Shown here piece by piece: positions 33,340-42,242 of a stretch of DNA of 64,000 nt. How positions within the stretch are numbered: position 1 is the stretch's first letter; each line of letters starts with the position of its first letter. The DNA is from Proteobacteria bacterium UBA6921. Lineage in GTDB: Bacteria > Pseudomonadota > Gammaproteobacteria > SG8-11. Under the pieces are notes generated by a model that saw nothing but the letters and a program-made list of their open reading frames with translations, was not told the DNA's origin and made no database searches. A program made the translations under genes and the position numbers. The stretch covers positions 169 to 64,168 of the forward strand of contig DKAR01000108.1 in NCBI GenBank assembly GCA_002450895.1. Reading direction: 5' to 3'.

Positions 33340-33674
33340 GCACTTCAGCAGGAGTGGTGATTCGGTTGTTATGGCGTTTCGTCTTACAGTGCATCGTCTC
33401 CGGCATTGCGACGGCACGCATCGTCCTGAGTCGTGTGCCGCCGACTGCTGGTGTCGCGCGCATGACCTTCGGGCCAATGAGCGACGCTGGCGCCGCCGTG
33501 CTCGGCGCGATGGTGACGCTGACGCCCGGGAGCACCGTGATCGACATCGATCCGCGCAGGCGCGAAATGTTGTTGCACCTTCTTGATATCACGACGGCAG
33601 AGGTCGCGATTGCGGCGATTCGCCGCGATTTCGAAGCAGACATCGCGCGCCTCTTTCCGGAGCGGCCGCCATGA
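33336..33674 (+). CDS. mrpE: cation/H+ antiporter subunit E
   Basis: A GTG start overlaps the mrpD stop. The MnhE-like sequence (TPGSTVIDID..LLHLLD) is present. Confidence 0.75.
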   Translation: MSTSAGVVIRLLWRFVLQCIVSGIATARIVLSRVPPTAGVARMTFGPMSDAGAAVLGAMVTLTPGSTVIDIDPRRREMLLHLLDITTAEVAIAAIRRDFEADIARLFPERPP

Positions 33675-33949
33675 TCGAGACATTGACTGGCGTGGTGTTC
33701 CTAAGCGTTGCACTTGCCGTGCTGCGGTTCATCCGCGGCCCGACCGATGCGGACCGTATCATTGCACTCGATATCCTGTTTGCCGCGGCGGTGGCCTTGT
33801 GTGCGTTGGCTGCGCTTTACACGCAGCGCATGTTGTTTCTTGAGGTGGCAATCGGCGTTGCACTGATCGGGTTTGTCTCTACTCTGGCGTGGGCTCGCCT
33901 CGTGGAATTGCGTCGCGGCGCAGATGCGCCGCAGGAGCGTCGGGAATGA
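33671..33949 (+). CDS. mrpF: cation/H+ antiporter subunit F
   Basis: MIETLTGVVFLSVALAVLRFIRGPTDADRIIALD is a typical MnhF sequence. Confidence 0.8.
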   Translation: MIETLTGVVFLSVALAVLRFIRGPTDADRIIALDILFAAAVALCALAALYTQRMLFLEVAIGVALIGFVSTLAWARLVELRRGADAPQERRE

Positions 33950-34275
33950 ACACGGCGGGAATACTGATGGTCGCAATCGGCGCGGCAATTCTGTTGGTCG
34001 CCAGTCTCGGGTTGTTTCGGCTGCGCGACCCGCTGTCGCGGCAGCATGCGGCCACCAAGGCAGGTTCGCTGGGCATCGTTATCGTGGTGTTGGGCGCCGC
34101 CGTCAGCGCCGGCGAAGCCGGCTGGTGGATTCGCGCCGGCGTGATCACCGTAATTGTCTGGGCGACCTTGCCGGTCGCGTCCCATGTCCTCGCACGTGCC
34201 GCGTACCGCCAGGCAAAACATGGCGACTTGGGCGATCCCAGTGGCCGACGTGCCGACCTCCCGTCTGATCACTGA
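33946..34275 (+). CDS. mrpG: cation/H+ antiporter subunit G
   Basis: An ATGA start overlaps mrpF. The MnhG-like sequence (LFRLRDPLSRQHAATKAGSLG) is present. Confidence 0.8.
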   Translation: MNTAGILMVAIGAAILLVASLGLFRLRDPLSRQHAATKAGSLGIVIVVLGAAVSAGEAGWWIRAGVITVIVWATLPVASHVLARAAYRQAKHGDLGDPSGRRADLPSDH

Positions 34276-34356
34276 CAGTAACGAGTTGCCGATCGTGTTA
34301 CATGTTGGACGGCAGTTGCGAATAAACTTGTCACAAGCACTCGTGCACCAACACCT

Positions 34357-35337
34357 ATGTACAAACTTGCTCGTCACGCGACATTGAGACAACTCCAGGT
34401 CTTCGAGGCCATTGGTCGACTAAAAAGCTTTACGCGCACGGCGGAGCAACTGTTCCTGACGCAATCAACCGTTTCGACGCAGATCAAGAATCTGACCGAG
34501 ATCGTCGGTGTGCCGCTGGTCGAGTACGTGGGCAAGCAAGTGCGACTGACGGAAGCAGGCCGCCATCTGTACGCGGCGTGTCAGGATGTGTTTCGCGCGC
34601 TGGACAACGTGGACGTGGCCGTCGCAAATTTGCGCGGCCTGACGCTCGGAACGCTCAGCGTTTCGGCAATTACTACCGCCAAGTATTTCGTGCCGGAAGT
34701 TTTGGGGAGGTTCTCGCAGTCGCACCCGGGTATCGACATCTCGTTGCATATTCTAAATCGCGAACACGTGTTGCAACGCTTGGCAAACAACGAGGACGAC
34801 CTGTACATCCTGGGGCACGACCCTCCCGCCGAATCTGAAATTGAATCCGAGGCATTTGCACCGAACCCGCTGTACGTGATGGCGAGCCGCGATAATGCGT
34901 TGGCGAAAAACGGAAAACAGTTGACGTTGAAGGAACTCGCCGCACAACCGCTGATCATGCGCGAACCAGGCTCCGGAATTCGCGCTGCAGTCGAGCGACT
35001 GTTCGCCGCGGAAGGACTACAGCCAAAGGTTCGTATCGTCCTCAGCAGCAACGAAGCGATAAAGCACGCACTGATCGGCCAATTGGGAATATCCGTGCTG
35101 TCACTGCACACCATTTTGCTCGAGGGTGCCGAGGGGCCGATCGCCGTGCTGGACGTAGAAAAGTTTCCCTTGCAGCGCAAATGGCATGTGGTGCGCCCCA
35201 AAGGCAAAGAACCTTCCATCGTCGCGCAGGCGTTTCTGGAATTTCTGCGCGAGGAGGGCAGACGCCTCACGAAAGCGCTGGGCGAGCTGATCGAAACTCT
35301 TCCGCAAAGTCGTGGGAAGAAGCGGGCAAGGCGCTAG
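34357..35337 (+). CDS. LysR-family transcriptional regulator, CbbR-like N-terminus
   Basis: The HTH region HATLRQLQVFEAIGRLKSFTRTAEQLFLTQSTVSTQIKNLTE is present, with an LysR substrate-binding domain. Confidence 0.8.
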   Translation: MYKLARHATLRQLQVFEAIGRLKSFTRTAEQLFLTQSTVSTQIKNLTEIVGVPLVEYVGKQVRLTEAGRHLYAACQDVFRALDNVDVAVANLRGLTLGTLSVSAITTAKYFVPEVLGRFSQSHPGIDISLHILNREHVLQRLANNEDDLYILGHDPPAESEIESEAFAPNPLYVMASRDNALAKNGKQLTLKELAAQPLIMREPGSGIRAAVERLFAAEGLQPKVRIVLSSNEAIKHALIGQLGISVLSLHTILLEGAEGPIAVLDVEKFPLQRKWHVVRPKGKEPSIVAQAFLEFLREEGRRLTKALGELIETLPQSRGKKRARR

Positions 35338-35476
35338 CCGCCGTGCCTGATCATGTATTGAGTTTTCTCAATGATTGCGTTCGACACAATCAATTGGAAT
35401 CAATATACGTCGGGTCCTACGATGGATCTCAACGAAGCGGAATTTCCCACGCTTCGATTGACCGGAGGAAACGACA

Positions 35477-35968
35477 ATGAAACGTACCCAATACAGCACT
35501 CCCCAACCTGCTCAGGAAGCATTGACCTCGATGGAGCGAGCTGCCCGCATCGTGATCGGCATCGCACTGATGAGTAGCGTTTTCGTCGCCGAGGGGGCGC
35601 TGAACTGGGCCGTCGTATTGCCCCTGGTTGCCGTCTACCCTCTGTTGACCGGCGTGATGGGTCAGGAGCCGCTGCGCAACTTCTTTGATCATGGCTCGAT
35701 CGCCTATCGCGGTGCGCAATTCGCGATCGGCGGCGCGTTGGTCGGAAGTGTGTTCGCGATCGGACAGTTTTCCGCAGTGCCGCTCGGCGAATTCATGATT
35801 CTCCCGCTGGTCGGCATCTACTACGTACTCGCAGGAATCATCGGCCGGGCGCCGCTGGCGACATTCGAAGAGGCAATGCACGAAGACACTGGACGTTCCG
35901 CCATCCCGGCTGTCGCGACCTCGAGAATCACGAGTCACACTCGCGAGGGTTATCCCCGCGCTGCGTAG
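35477..35968 (+). CDS. small membrane protein with two tandem DUF2892/YgaP-like hydrophobic repeats (hypothetical)
   Basis: An internal duplication is visible (GALNWAVVLPLVAVYPLLTGVMGQEPL and GEFMILPLVGIYYVLAGIIGRAPL). Confidence 0.4.
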   Translation: MKRTQYSTPQPAQEALTSMERAARIVIGIALMSSVFVAEGALNWAVVLPLVAVYPLLTGVMGQEPLRNFFDHGSIAYRGAQFAIGGALVGSVFAIGQFSAVPLGEFMILPLVGIYYVLAGIIGRAPLATFEEAMHEDTGRSAIPAVATSRITSHTREGYPRAA

Positions 35969-35992
35969 ACTCGGCGCATCACCAAAACAAAA

Positions 35993-36020
35993 CTGGCGGG
36001 CAGCGGAGGCTGCCCGCCAG
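35993..36020 (-). terminator. rho-independent terminator for pyrE on the minus strand (perfect 10-bp stem ctggcgggcagc/gctgcccgccag, T-rich tail on the minus strand)
   Basis: The stem-loop lies immediately 3' of the pyrE stop. The minus strand reads ...CCAGTTTTGTTTTGGTG. Confidence 0.65.
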
Positions 36021-36035
36021 TCGTTTGCAGAGGGC

Positions 36036-36680
36036 TTACGCGGTTCCGTACTGCGCGCGATAGGCCTTGATACGTTCCAAAGCCGCAGCTTGGCCGGATT
36101 GCTGCGCGAGGTATTCCACCAGCTGTTCCAGCGCGATGATGCTGCCCACCTTGATGTTCAGTGACTGCTCGACTTCCTGAATGGCACTTAACGCGCCCTG
36201 GCCGCGCTCCTGCCGGTTCAGTGCAATCATTACGCCGCTGAGTTTGGCACCGGCATTCTCGATCAGTTGTACGGACTCGCGGACGGATGTTCCCGCGGAA
36301 ATGACATCGTCGATCAACAACACGCGGCCTTTGAGCGCGGCCCCGACAATCGTGCCGCCTTCGCCGTGGTCCTTTGCCTCCTTGCGATTAAACGCGTAGG
36401 GAACATCGCGACCGTGGTGGTCGGCGAGCGCAATGCTTACGGCGGACACCAGCGGAATTCCCTTGTACGCGGGGCCGAACAACATATCGAATGCGATGCC
36501 GGAATTGACGATTGCGTGTGCGTAGGCGCGCCCGAGCTGCGACAGTGCGGCGCCGGTATTGAACAGCCCACTGTTGAAGAAGTATGGGCTTTTGCGGCCC
36601 GATTTGAGCGTAAATTCGCCAAATTGCAGCACACCGACCCGCAGGGCAAATTCGATAAACTGTCGCTGGTAGTCGTGCAT
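36036..36680 (-). CDS. pyrE: orotate phosphoribosyltransferase
   Basis: [40 protein letters not shown] is near-identical in pattern to the E. coli PyrE N-terminus. The PRPP loop [13 protein letters not shown] is present. Confidence 0.9.
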   Translation of the reverse strand: MHDYQRQFIEFALRVGVLQFGEFTLKSGRKSPYFFNSGLFNTGAALSQLGRAYAHAIVNSGIAFDMLFGPAYKGIPLVSAVSIALADHHGRDVPYAFNRKEAKDHGEGGTIVGAALKGRVLLIDDVISAGTSVRESVQLIENAGAKLSGVMIALNRQERGQGALSAIQEVEQSLNIKVGSIIALEQLVEYLAQQSGQAAALERIKAYRAQYGTA

Positions 36681-36749
36681 GTGGCGATCTCGCGCATTGG
36701 TTAGAATGGCGCGCATTGTACTGACAGGAAGGTGGGTAACGGTAGCCAA

Positions 36750-37523
36750 ATGAAAGTAATCAGCGCGAACGTGAACGGGATTCGCTCCGCGGCGAAAAAA
36801 GGGTTTTTCGAGTGGCTGGCCAGCCAGAATGCCGACGTCGTATGTATTCAGGAGACCAAGGCGCAGGCGGATCAACTGACCTCCGCCGAATTTTTCCCCG
36901 AAGGGTTTCATTGCCAGTACTTTGATGCCCAGAAAAAAGGGTACAGCGGCGTGGCCATATACTGCCGGAAACAACCCGACGACGTGGTGACCGGGTTGGG
37001 ATGGGATCGGGCTGACAATGAAGGGCGTTACATTCAGGCCAATTTCGGCGCGCTGAGCGTCGCTTCGTTCTATCTGCCGTCCGGATCTTCAAGCCCGGAG
37101 CGGCACGAGGACAAACTGCGCTTTATGGACAAGATGAAGGATGAGCTCAAGCGCATGCGCGGGCAGCAGCGCGACTACATTATCTGTGGCGACTGGAACA
37201 CCGTGCACAGGGAGATCGACATACGCAATTTCAAAAGCAATCAGAAAAATTCCGGCTGCACGCCGCCAGAGCGCGAATGGATCGATGACCTGTTTGAAAA
37301 CATCGGTTGGGTTGATGCGTTTCGCGTCGTCGATGACCGTGCCGAGCAATACACCTGGTGGAGCAACCGTGGGGAAGCCTGGGCAAAGAATGTGGGATGG
37401 AGAATTGATTACCAAATCATTACGCCGGGACTGCGGGACGCGGTTCGTTCCGCCAGCATCTACAAGGACCAGCGCTTTTCCGACCATGCGCCCCTGATTA
37501 TCGATTATGAACTCGGCGATTGA
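36750..37523 (+). CDS. exonuclease III / endonuclease-exonuclease-phosphatase family protein, Crc-like (in the pyrE-adjacent position occupied by crc in Pseudomonas) but with nuclease catalytic motifs retained
   Basis: Segment-wise similarity to Pseudomonas Crc is clear ([48 protein letters not shown]). The motif [15 protein letters not shown] keeps the Asp/Asn/His of active APE1/XthA enzymes (GDLNVAHEEIDLRN). Confidence 0.75.
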   Translation: MKVISANVNGIRSAAKKGFFEWLASQNADVVCIQETKAQADQLTSAEFFPEGFHCQYFDAQKKGYSGVAIYCRKQPDDVVTGLGWDRADNEGRYIQANFGALSVASFYLPSGSSSPERHEDKLRFMDKMKDELKRMRGQQRDYIICGDWNTVHREIDIRNFKSNQKNSGCTPPEREWIDDLFENIGWVDAFRVVDDRAEQYTWWSNRGEAWAKNVGWRIDYQIITPGLRDAVRSASIYKDQRFSDHAPLIIDYELGD

Positions 37524-37555
37524 CATAAAAACATCCGCAGGACGAGTCGGCTCCA

Positions 37556-38290
37556 ATGCAATCGTCTGAATTTGCGGCGCACGCGGCGCTCGAAGATGAA
37601 CATTGGTGGTTTCGTGCACGCCGAAACATCATCGCTGCCGCGTTGAATCGCTTTGCTCCCGCTGCGCGCCATCACTTGCTCGAGATCGGCTGCGGCACAG
37701 GAGGAAATCTGCGCTACTTTCGCCGTCGCTTTGTCCATGTCACCGGAATCGACGCGTCTGCAGACGCGGTCGGGTACGCGCAGTCACGCGTGGAAGGAAA
37801 AGTCTTTCTCGGTGACTATCGCGAACAACTTCCGCGGCCGTGGACGGAATTCGATGTCATTCTGCTGGCCGACGTGCTGGAACATGTCGAACACGACGCC
37901 GCTTTCCTGCAGGGAATTATCGATGCAATGCGCCCTGGCGCCACACTGGTCATTACCGTTCCGGCGCATCGCTGGCTGTGGAGCGCGCATGATGCGGCGC
38001 TGGGCCACTACCGTCGCTATCGAAGTGAGGAACTTCGGAATCTTTGGTCCAAATTGCCGGTGCGCGAATTGTATTTTTCGCCTTTCAACACCTGGCTGTT
38101 GCCGCTGGTCGCGCTATATCGGTGGCTGCGCCCGGATGCGGGCGGAAATGTGCACACGGATTTGCAGCATCACAGCCGATGGACCAACTGGCTGCTCTAC
38201 CGCATCTTCAATTCAGAACGCTGGATGGTCCGGCACGCGAAACTCCCGGCCGGTTGCAGTTTTCTCGCGCTGCTGCGGAAAGAATCTTAG
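37556..38290 (+). CDS. class I SAM-dependent methyltransferase
   Basis: The N-terminal EHWWFRAR and SAM motif I LLEIGCGTGGNL are present, with an acidic motif II ILLADVLEHV. Confidence 0.7.
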   Translation: MQSSEFAAHAALEDEHWWFRARRNIIAAALNRFAPAARHHLLEIGCGTGGNLRYFRRRFVHVTGIDASADAVGYAQSRVEGKVFLGDYREQLPRPWTEFDVILLADVLEHVEHDAAFLQGIIDAMRPGATLVITVPAHRWLWSAHDAALGHYRRYRSEELRNLWSKLPVRELYFSPFNTWLLPLVALYRWLRPDAGGNVHTDLQHHSRWTNWLLYRIFNSERWMVRHAKLPAGCSFLALLRKES

Positions 38291-40251
38291 GCAGTTGCGG
38301 CTTTGGCGGGTGCGGATTCGTCTTCACCGCTCGGCAGCGGTGAGTTTACGGCCTCAAGCAACGCATTGATCGTGTTGATCTGTTTTTCCAGCCCGGCGCT
38401 CATCTTCTGAAGCTCTTCGATCTTTTCCTCAAGCTTCTCGCGCGAGGATTTGATCTTTTTCAGATTCTCGAGATGTTCGTCGAGTTGTTGCTTGCGTTCC
38501 TTGATGCGCGTCGCCAGCGGTGTCATCACCGAGCGCGCCCAACCTTCCGCTTCCTGTTTGGCCTGAAAGAAGATGTTGCGCACGTGGCTGACGATTGAAA
38601 CGAAGAACTTCTTCACCACGAAACTTTGCTCGGTCATTGTGGTGACCGGGCTGCTGCGGAATGCCTCGGCTTCCTTGACCAGCTTCTGCAACTGTCCAAC
38701 GTACTTCTTGGTGGAGAACAGCGTGGGCTTGAGCTCCGCGACGTCATGTTCTTCGCGGAAGCGTTGATACACGGCCTGGACTAGTTCGTTGGATTTGTTG
38801 GCCTGCCAGTTCACCTGTTCCATCTGGTGCAACGCGGTGTCGAAGAACGTTTTCATGATGTTCTTCATTCCGGACGTCGTCCACGAGTCGACCATGTCGC
38901 CGCGGGATTTGGAGATCAGCTTGTCGAAGTTGTCGATGCTCAGCGATTCAAGCACGGTTTTGACTTGTCCCGACAGCACGTGCCGGCTGGTCTGGAAATT
39001 CTCCACCTGCTTCTTGTAGCTTTCCTGCGCATCGCGTGCCTTGTTCAACAGTTGCAGGATTACATCGGTATTCTTGCCGCTCAGCGAGCGCAATTCATTC
39101 AGCTGATTCTGCGCGGCGGCATAGCGGCCCTCGAGAACCTGTTTCGTTGACTCGATGCGAGCACCCATCTTGGTGACGACGTTGTCGCGCACGATGGAAT
39201 GCTTTTGCGGAACGACGCGCTCAGCGAGAAAATCTTCGAGACGCGCCAGGCCGCTCTTCTCAAGCAACGCAGTATCTTTCTTGACCTTGCCGAGCAGGCC
39301 CTTTTGCGCCGAAACCGGGAAGACTTTTTCATCGCTCAATCCGAGCGACTTTGCGGTGGAGTCGCGCTGGGAATCGATCGATGAATTGACCGCCGCCTGT
39401 TCTTTCAATTCGTCCCAGAGCGTATCGATCTTGTTGAGCACGACGAGGATGCCGGTCTCTTCGTTCTTGATATGTGGCGTGATGTGGTGACGCCACATGT
39501 CGAGATCCGACTTCGTGACGCCAGTATCCGCGGCGAGAATGAACATGACCGCCTGCGCGGCCGGAATCATTTCCATCGTCAGTTCCGGCTCGTTGCCGAG
39601 AGCATTCAATCCTGGAGTATCGAGAACACAGAGTCCTTCTTTCAGAAGTGGATGCGGAAAACTGATCAGCGCGTGGCGCCAAACGGGAATCTCAATCTGT
39701 TGGGGTGCAGCCTGACCGGCTGAATGAGGCTCGTCTGTATACAATCCAAGCCGCTTCGCCTCATCGACGCTGACGTGTTTAACGCGAATAATTTCTTTGA
39801 ACGCTTCAGCCATGGCTTCCGGTGAAGACGTGTCGAGATCGATGGTCGTCCAGAACATCGTGTTCTGCTTGAATTGCGCAATCGTTGTTTCTTCAACGCG
39901 GGTTTCAATTGGCAGCAATCGGATGTACGACTTGTCGGCAGCGCGATCGTAGTACAACTCGGTCGGACACATTGTGGTGCGGCCTGCGGCCGACGGCAGC
40001 AATCGGCGCTGATAGTCCGCGAAAAAGATCGCGTTAATCAGCTCGGTTTTTCCGCGTGAGAATTCTGCGACGAAAGCAACAGTGAGCGCGTCGGAGTTCA
40101 ACGCCTCGATCACTTCAAACGTTCGAAGATCGTCTTCCGGTTCATTCAGGCCGTTGGCGAGTAACCATTCCTGGTAGGATTTGATGTACTGCACCATCTT
40201 GGTCTTCCAGTGACCGTAGGCCTGCAGTTGCTTCGAAAATTGCATGTGCAT
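38287..40251 (-). CDS. bacterial dynamin-like GTPase (dynamin family protein, ~650 aa, long coiled-coil C-half)
   Basis: G1 (VAFVAEFSRGKTELINAI), G3 (VLDTPGLN) and G4 (VLNKID) are present. An extensive predicted helical stalk and a C-terminal coiled coil follow. Confidence 0.75.
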   Translation of the reverse strand: MHMQFSKQLQAYGHWKTKMVQYIKSYQEWLLANGLNEPEDDLRTFEVIEALNSDALTVAFVAEFSRGKTELINAIFFADYQRRLLPSAAGRTTMCPTELYYDRAADKSYIRLLPIETRVEETTIAQFKQNTMFWTTIDLDTSSPEAMAEAFKEIIRVKHVSVDEAKRLGLYTDEPHSAGQAAPQQIEIPVWRHALISFPHPLLKEGLCVLDTPGLNALGNEPELTMEMIPAAQAVMFILAADTGVTKSDLDMWRHHITPHIKNEETGILVVLNKIDTLWDELKEQAAVNSSIDSQRDSTAKSLGLSDEKVFPVSAQKGLLGKVKKDTALLEKSGLARLEDFLAERVVPQKHSIVRDNVVTKMGARIESTKQVLEGRYAAAQNQLNELRSLSGKNTDVILQLLNKARDAQESYKKQVENFQTSRHVLSGQVKTVLESLSIDNFDKLISKSRGDMVDSWTTSGMKNIMKTFFDTALHQMEQVNWQANKSNELVQAVYQRFREEHDVAELKPTLFSTKKYVGQLQKLVKEAEAFRSSPVTTMTEQSFVVKKFFVSIVSHVRNIFFQAKQEAEGWARSVMTPLATRIKERKQQLDEHLENLKKIKSSREKLEEKIEELQKMSAGLEKQINTINALLEAVNSPLPSGEDESAPAKAATA

Positions 40252-40395
40252 ACCGTTGTTTTATCGCTCGATGAAGTTTTGTTCGCCGGACTTGGTCCGG
40301 GCATGCAATCCCAGCTCGACCGCACGCGGCGTCGGGTACGTTACGACCCTTATCGACAGCGCGTGACGGAAGTTTAGGTAGGGGCATGTAAAGTG

Positions 40396-40677
40396 TTAAG
40401 GAAGCGACATTCCCTCGGGCAAATGGCGGGGGTTTACGATGCGGACCCGCTTGTTTCGGCCCGATTCCCCGGATTCGAGGGTGACATTGGCCTTGGGTAC
40501 GCCGAAGAGCTCGGCAAGCCAGACAATCAGATGGGCATTCGCGGCACCGTCGACGGGCGGGGCCGTGATGCGGACTTTGAGCGCGTCCCCGTGAACGCCC
40601 GAAATTTCGTTTCGCTTGGCACGGGGCTGAACGCGCAGCGAAACGACGACGCTACCGTCCCGCCATTGATACCACAT
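40396..40677 (-). CDS. yggU: DUF167 (YggU) family protein
   Basis: The motif VRITAPPVDGAANAHLIVWLAELFGV is present. It lies downstream of yggT. Confidence 0.8.
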   Translation of the reverse strand: MWYQWRDGSVVVSLRVQPRAKRNEISGVHGDALKVRITAPPVDGAANAHLIVWLAELFGVPKANVTLESGESGRNKRVRIVNPRHLPEGMSLP

Positions 40678-40680
40678 GGG

Positions 40681-41262
40681 TCAACCCAGCAGCATGCTCT
40701 TGCCGACATCCGACAGCCAGGCGACGAAGGTCATTTCGATGAGCTTCAGGGCGATGCCGACCACCAGCGGCGAGAGATCGAGGCCGCCCATCGGGGGCAG
40801 GATCCGGCGCGCGGGCGCCAGCAGCGGCTCATTCAGGCTGTACAACACGGAAGTCACCGGGTTGTATGCGCCGGGATTGATCCAGCTCAGCACCACCTGG
40901 ATCAGGATCGAAAAGAAAAAGACGTTCAGCGCCAGCGAAACCAATTCGGCGAATGACAGCACGATCAGTCCGGCCGGCTGAAATGCATAGCCTTTGATCG
41001 ATCCGATGATGATCAGCTTCATCACCTGAAGGACGAGTAGCAGCACGACCGATGCAAAATCGATCCCGAAGAATCCCGGGATAACGCGCCGCATCGGGAC
41101 CAGAACCGGGCTCGTGGCTTTGACAAGAAACTGCGAAACCGGATTGTAGAAATCGGCGCGCACGATCTGAAGCAGAAAGCGCACCATGACAATTAAAATG
41201 TAAAGATCGAACGCCGTTTCGACCAGAAAAATCGCTGCGTTCCCGAAATATCCTCCCCCCAT
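40681..41262 (-). CDS. yggT: YggT family membrane protein
   Basis: Two YGGT repeats with TM helices are present. The proC-yggT order is conserved. Confidence 0.8.
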   Translation of the reverse strand: MGGGYFGNAAIFLVETAFDLYILIVMVRFLLQIVRADFYNPVSQFLVKATSPVLVPMRRVIPGFFGIDFASVVLLLVLQVMKLIIIGSIKGYAFQPAGLIVLSFAELVSLALNVFFFSILIQVVLSWINPGAYNPVTSVLYSLNEPLLAPARRILPPMGGLDLSPLVVGIALKLIEMTFVAWLSDVGKSMLLG

Positions 41263-42089
41263 TAGCCTCCCCCGATCTGTTCCGCCAAGTCGCTGCCGCG
41301 CTGGCGCGCAGCTGCAACGGCCAATTTGAAAATTTCGCCCAACTTATGCTCTTCAAAAACGCGCAAGGCCTGTTCGGTGGTCCCGCCCGGCGAAGTGACG
41401 CGCCGCCGCAGCGTCGCCGCGTCTTCCGGACTCTCCAGCGCCATCTTCGCTGCGCCAAAGGCCGTCTGCAGGGTCAGCAGGCGTGCTGTATCAGCGGGAA
41501 GTCCGAGCTCCACCGCGGCGCGCTCGAGGTGCTCCATGACGAGGAAAAAGTAGGCTGGCCCGCTGCCGGACAGCGCAGTCACCGTGTCCATATGCGCCTC
41601 GTCCACGAGCCACACGGTGATGCCGACCGCACGCATGATGGTTTCTGCAATTTCACGCTGACCGTCGCTGACTGAAACGTTTGCATGCAGCGCCGTTGCT
41701 CCCGCCTGGACCAGAGCGGGCGTGTTCGGCATCGTCCGCACAATCGCGGCGTCGAAGCCAAGCCAGCGCTGAAGATCCGCTTCGCGCAGGCCTGCGATAA
41801 TGGAGATGATCAGGGGCCGCGCTTTCTCGACGGCAGGCCCTAACTCGATGACCACGCTGCGAGCCACCTGGGGTTTGACCGCCAGCAATACGACGTCCGC
41901 GTCCCGCGCTGCTTCGATATTGCTGACGAAGGTGCTTACCTGAAACTGTTCGCGCAGACGGGTGAGCTGATTTGCGTCGGGATCCGAAACACGAATCCGT
42001 CGCGCATCCATACCATCGGCAATCAGTCCGCCGATCAGGCTGCGCGCCATATTGCCGCCACCAATGATTGCGATGCTGAAGTCCGTCAT
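41262..42089 (-). CDS. proC: pyrroline-5-carboxylate reductase
   Basis: The Rossmann motif IAIIGGGNMARSL and the ProC C-terminal dimerisation motifs are present. I chose the internal Met start. Confidence 0.9.
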   Translation of the reverse strand: MTDFSIAIIGGGNMARSLIGGLIADGMDARRIRVSDPDANQLTRLREQFQVSTFVSNIEAARDADVVLLAVKPQVARSVVIELGPAVEKARPLIISIIAGLREADLQRWLGFDAAIVRTMPNTPALVQAGATALHANVSVSDGQREIAETIMRAVGITVWLVDEAHMDTVTALSGSGPAYFFLVMEHLERAAVELGLPADTARLLTLQTAFGAAKMALESPEDAATLRRRVTSPGGTTEQALRVFEEHKLGEIFKLAVAAARQRGSDLAEQIGGG

Positions 42090-42242
42090 GTCGCGCCGTT
42101 TCACCTCATCTTTTTCAGGCGCATAGCATAGCGCCCGATGCGCGCCCGTGGGAACGGTTAGTTTTCTACGCGAGCCAGATTTCGATTTCGTGCCGACGTG
42201 GGGAGCTCATGGCATAATTCTGGCCATCTTTGGGGGGCGACA

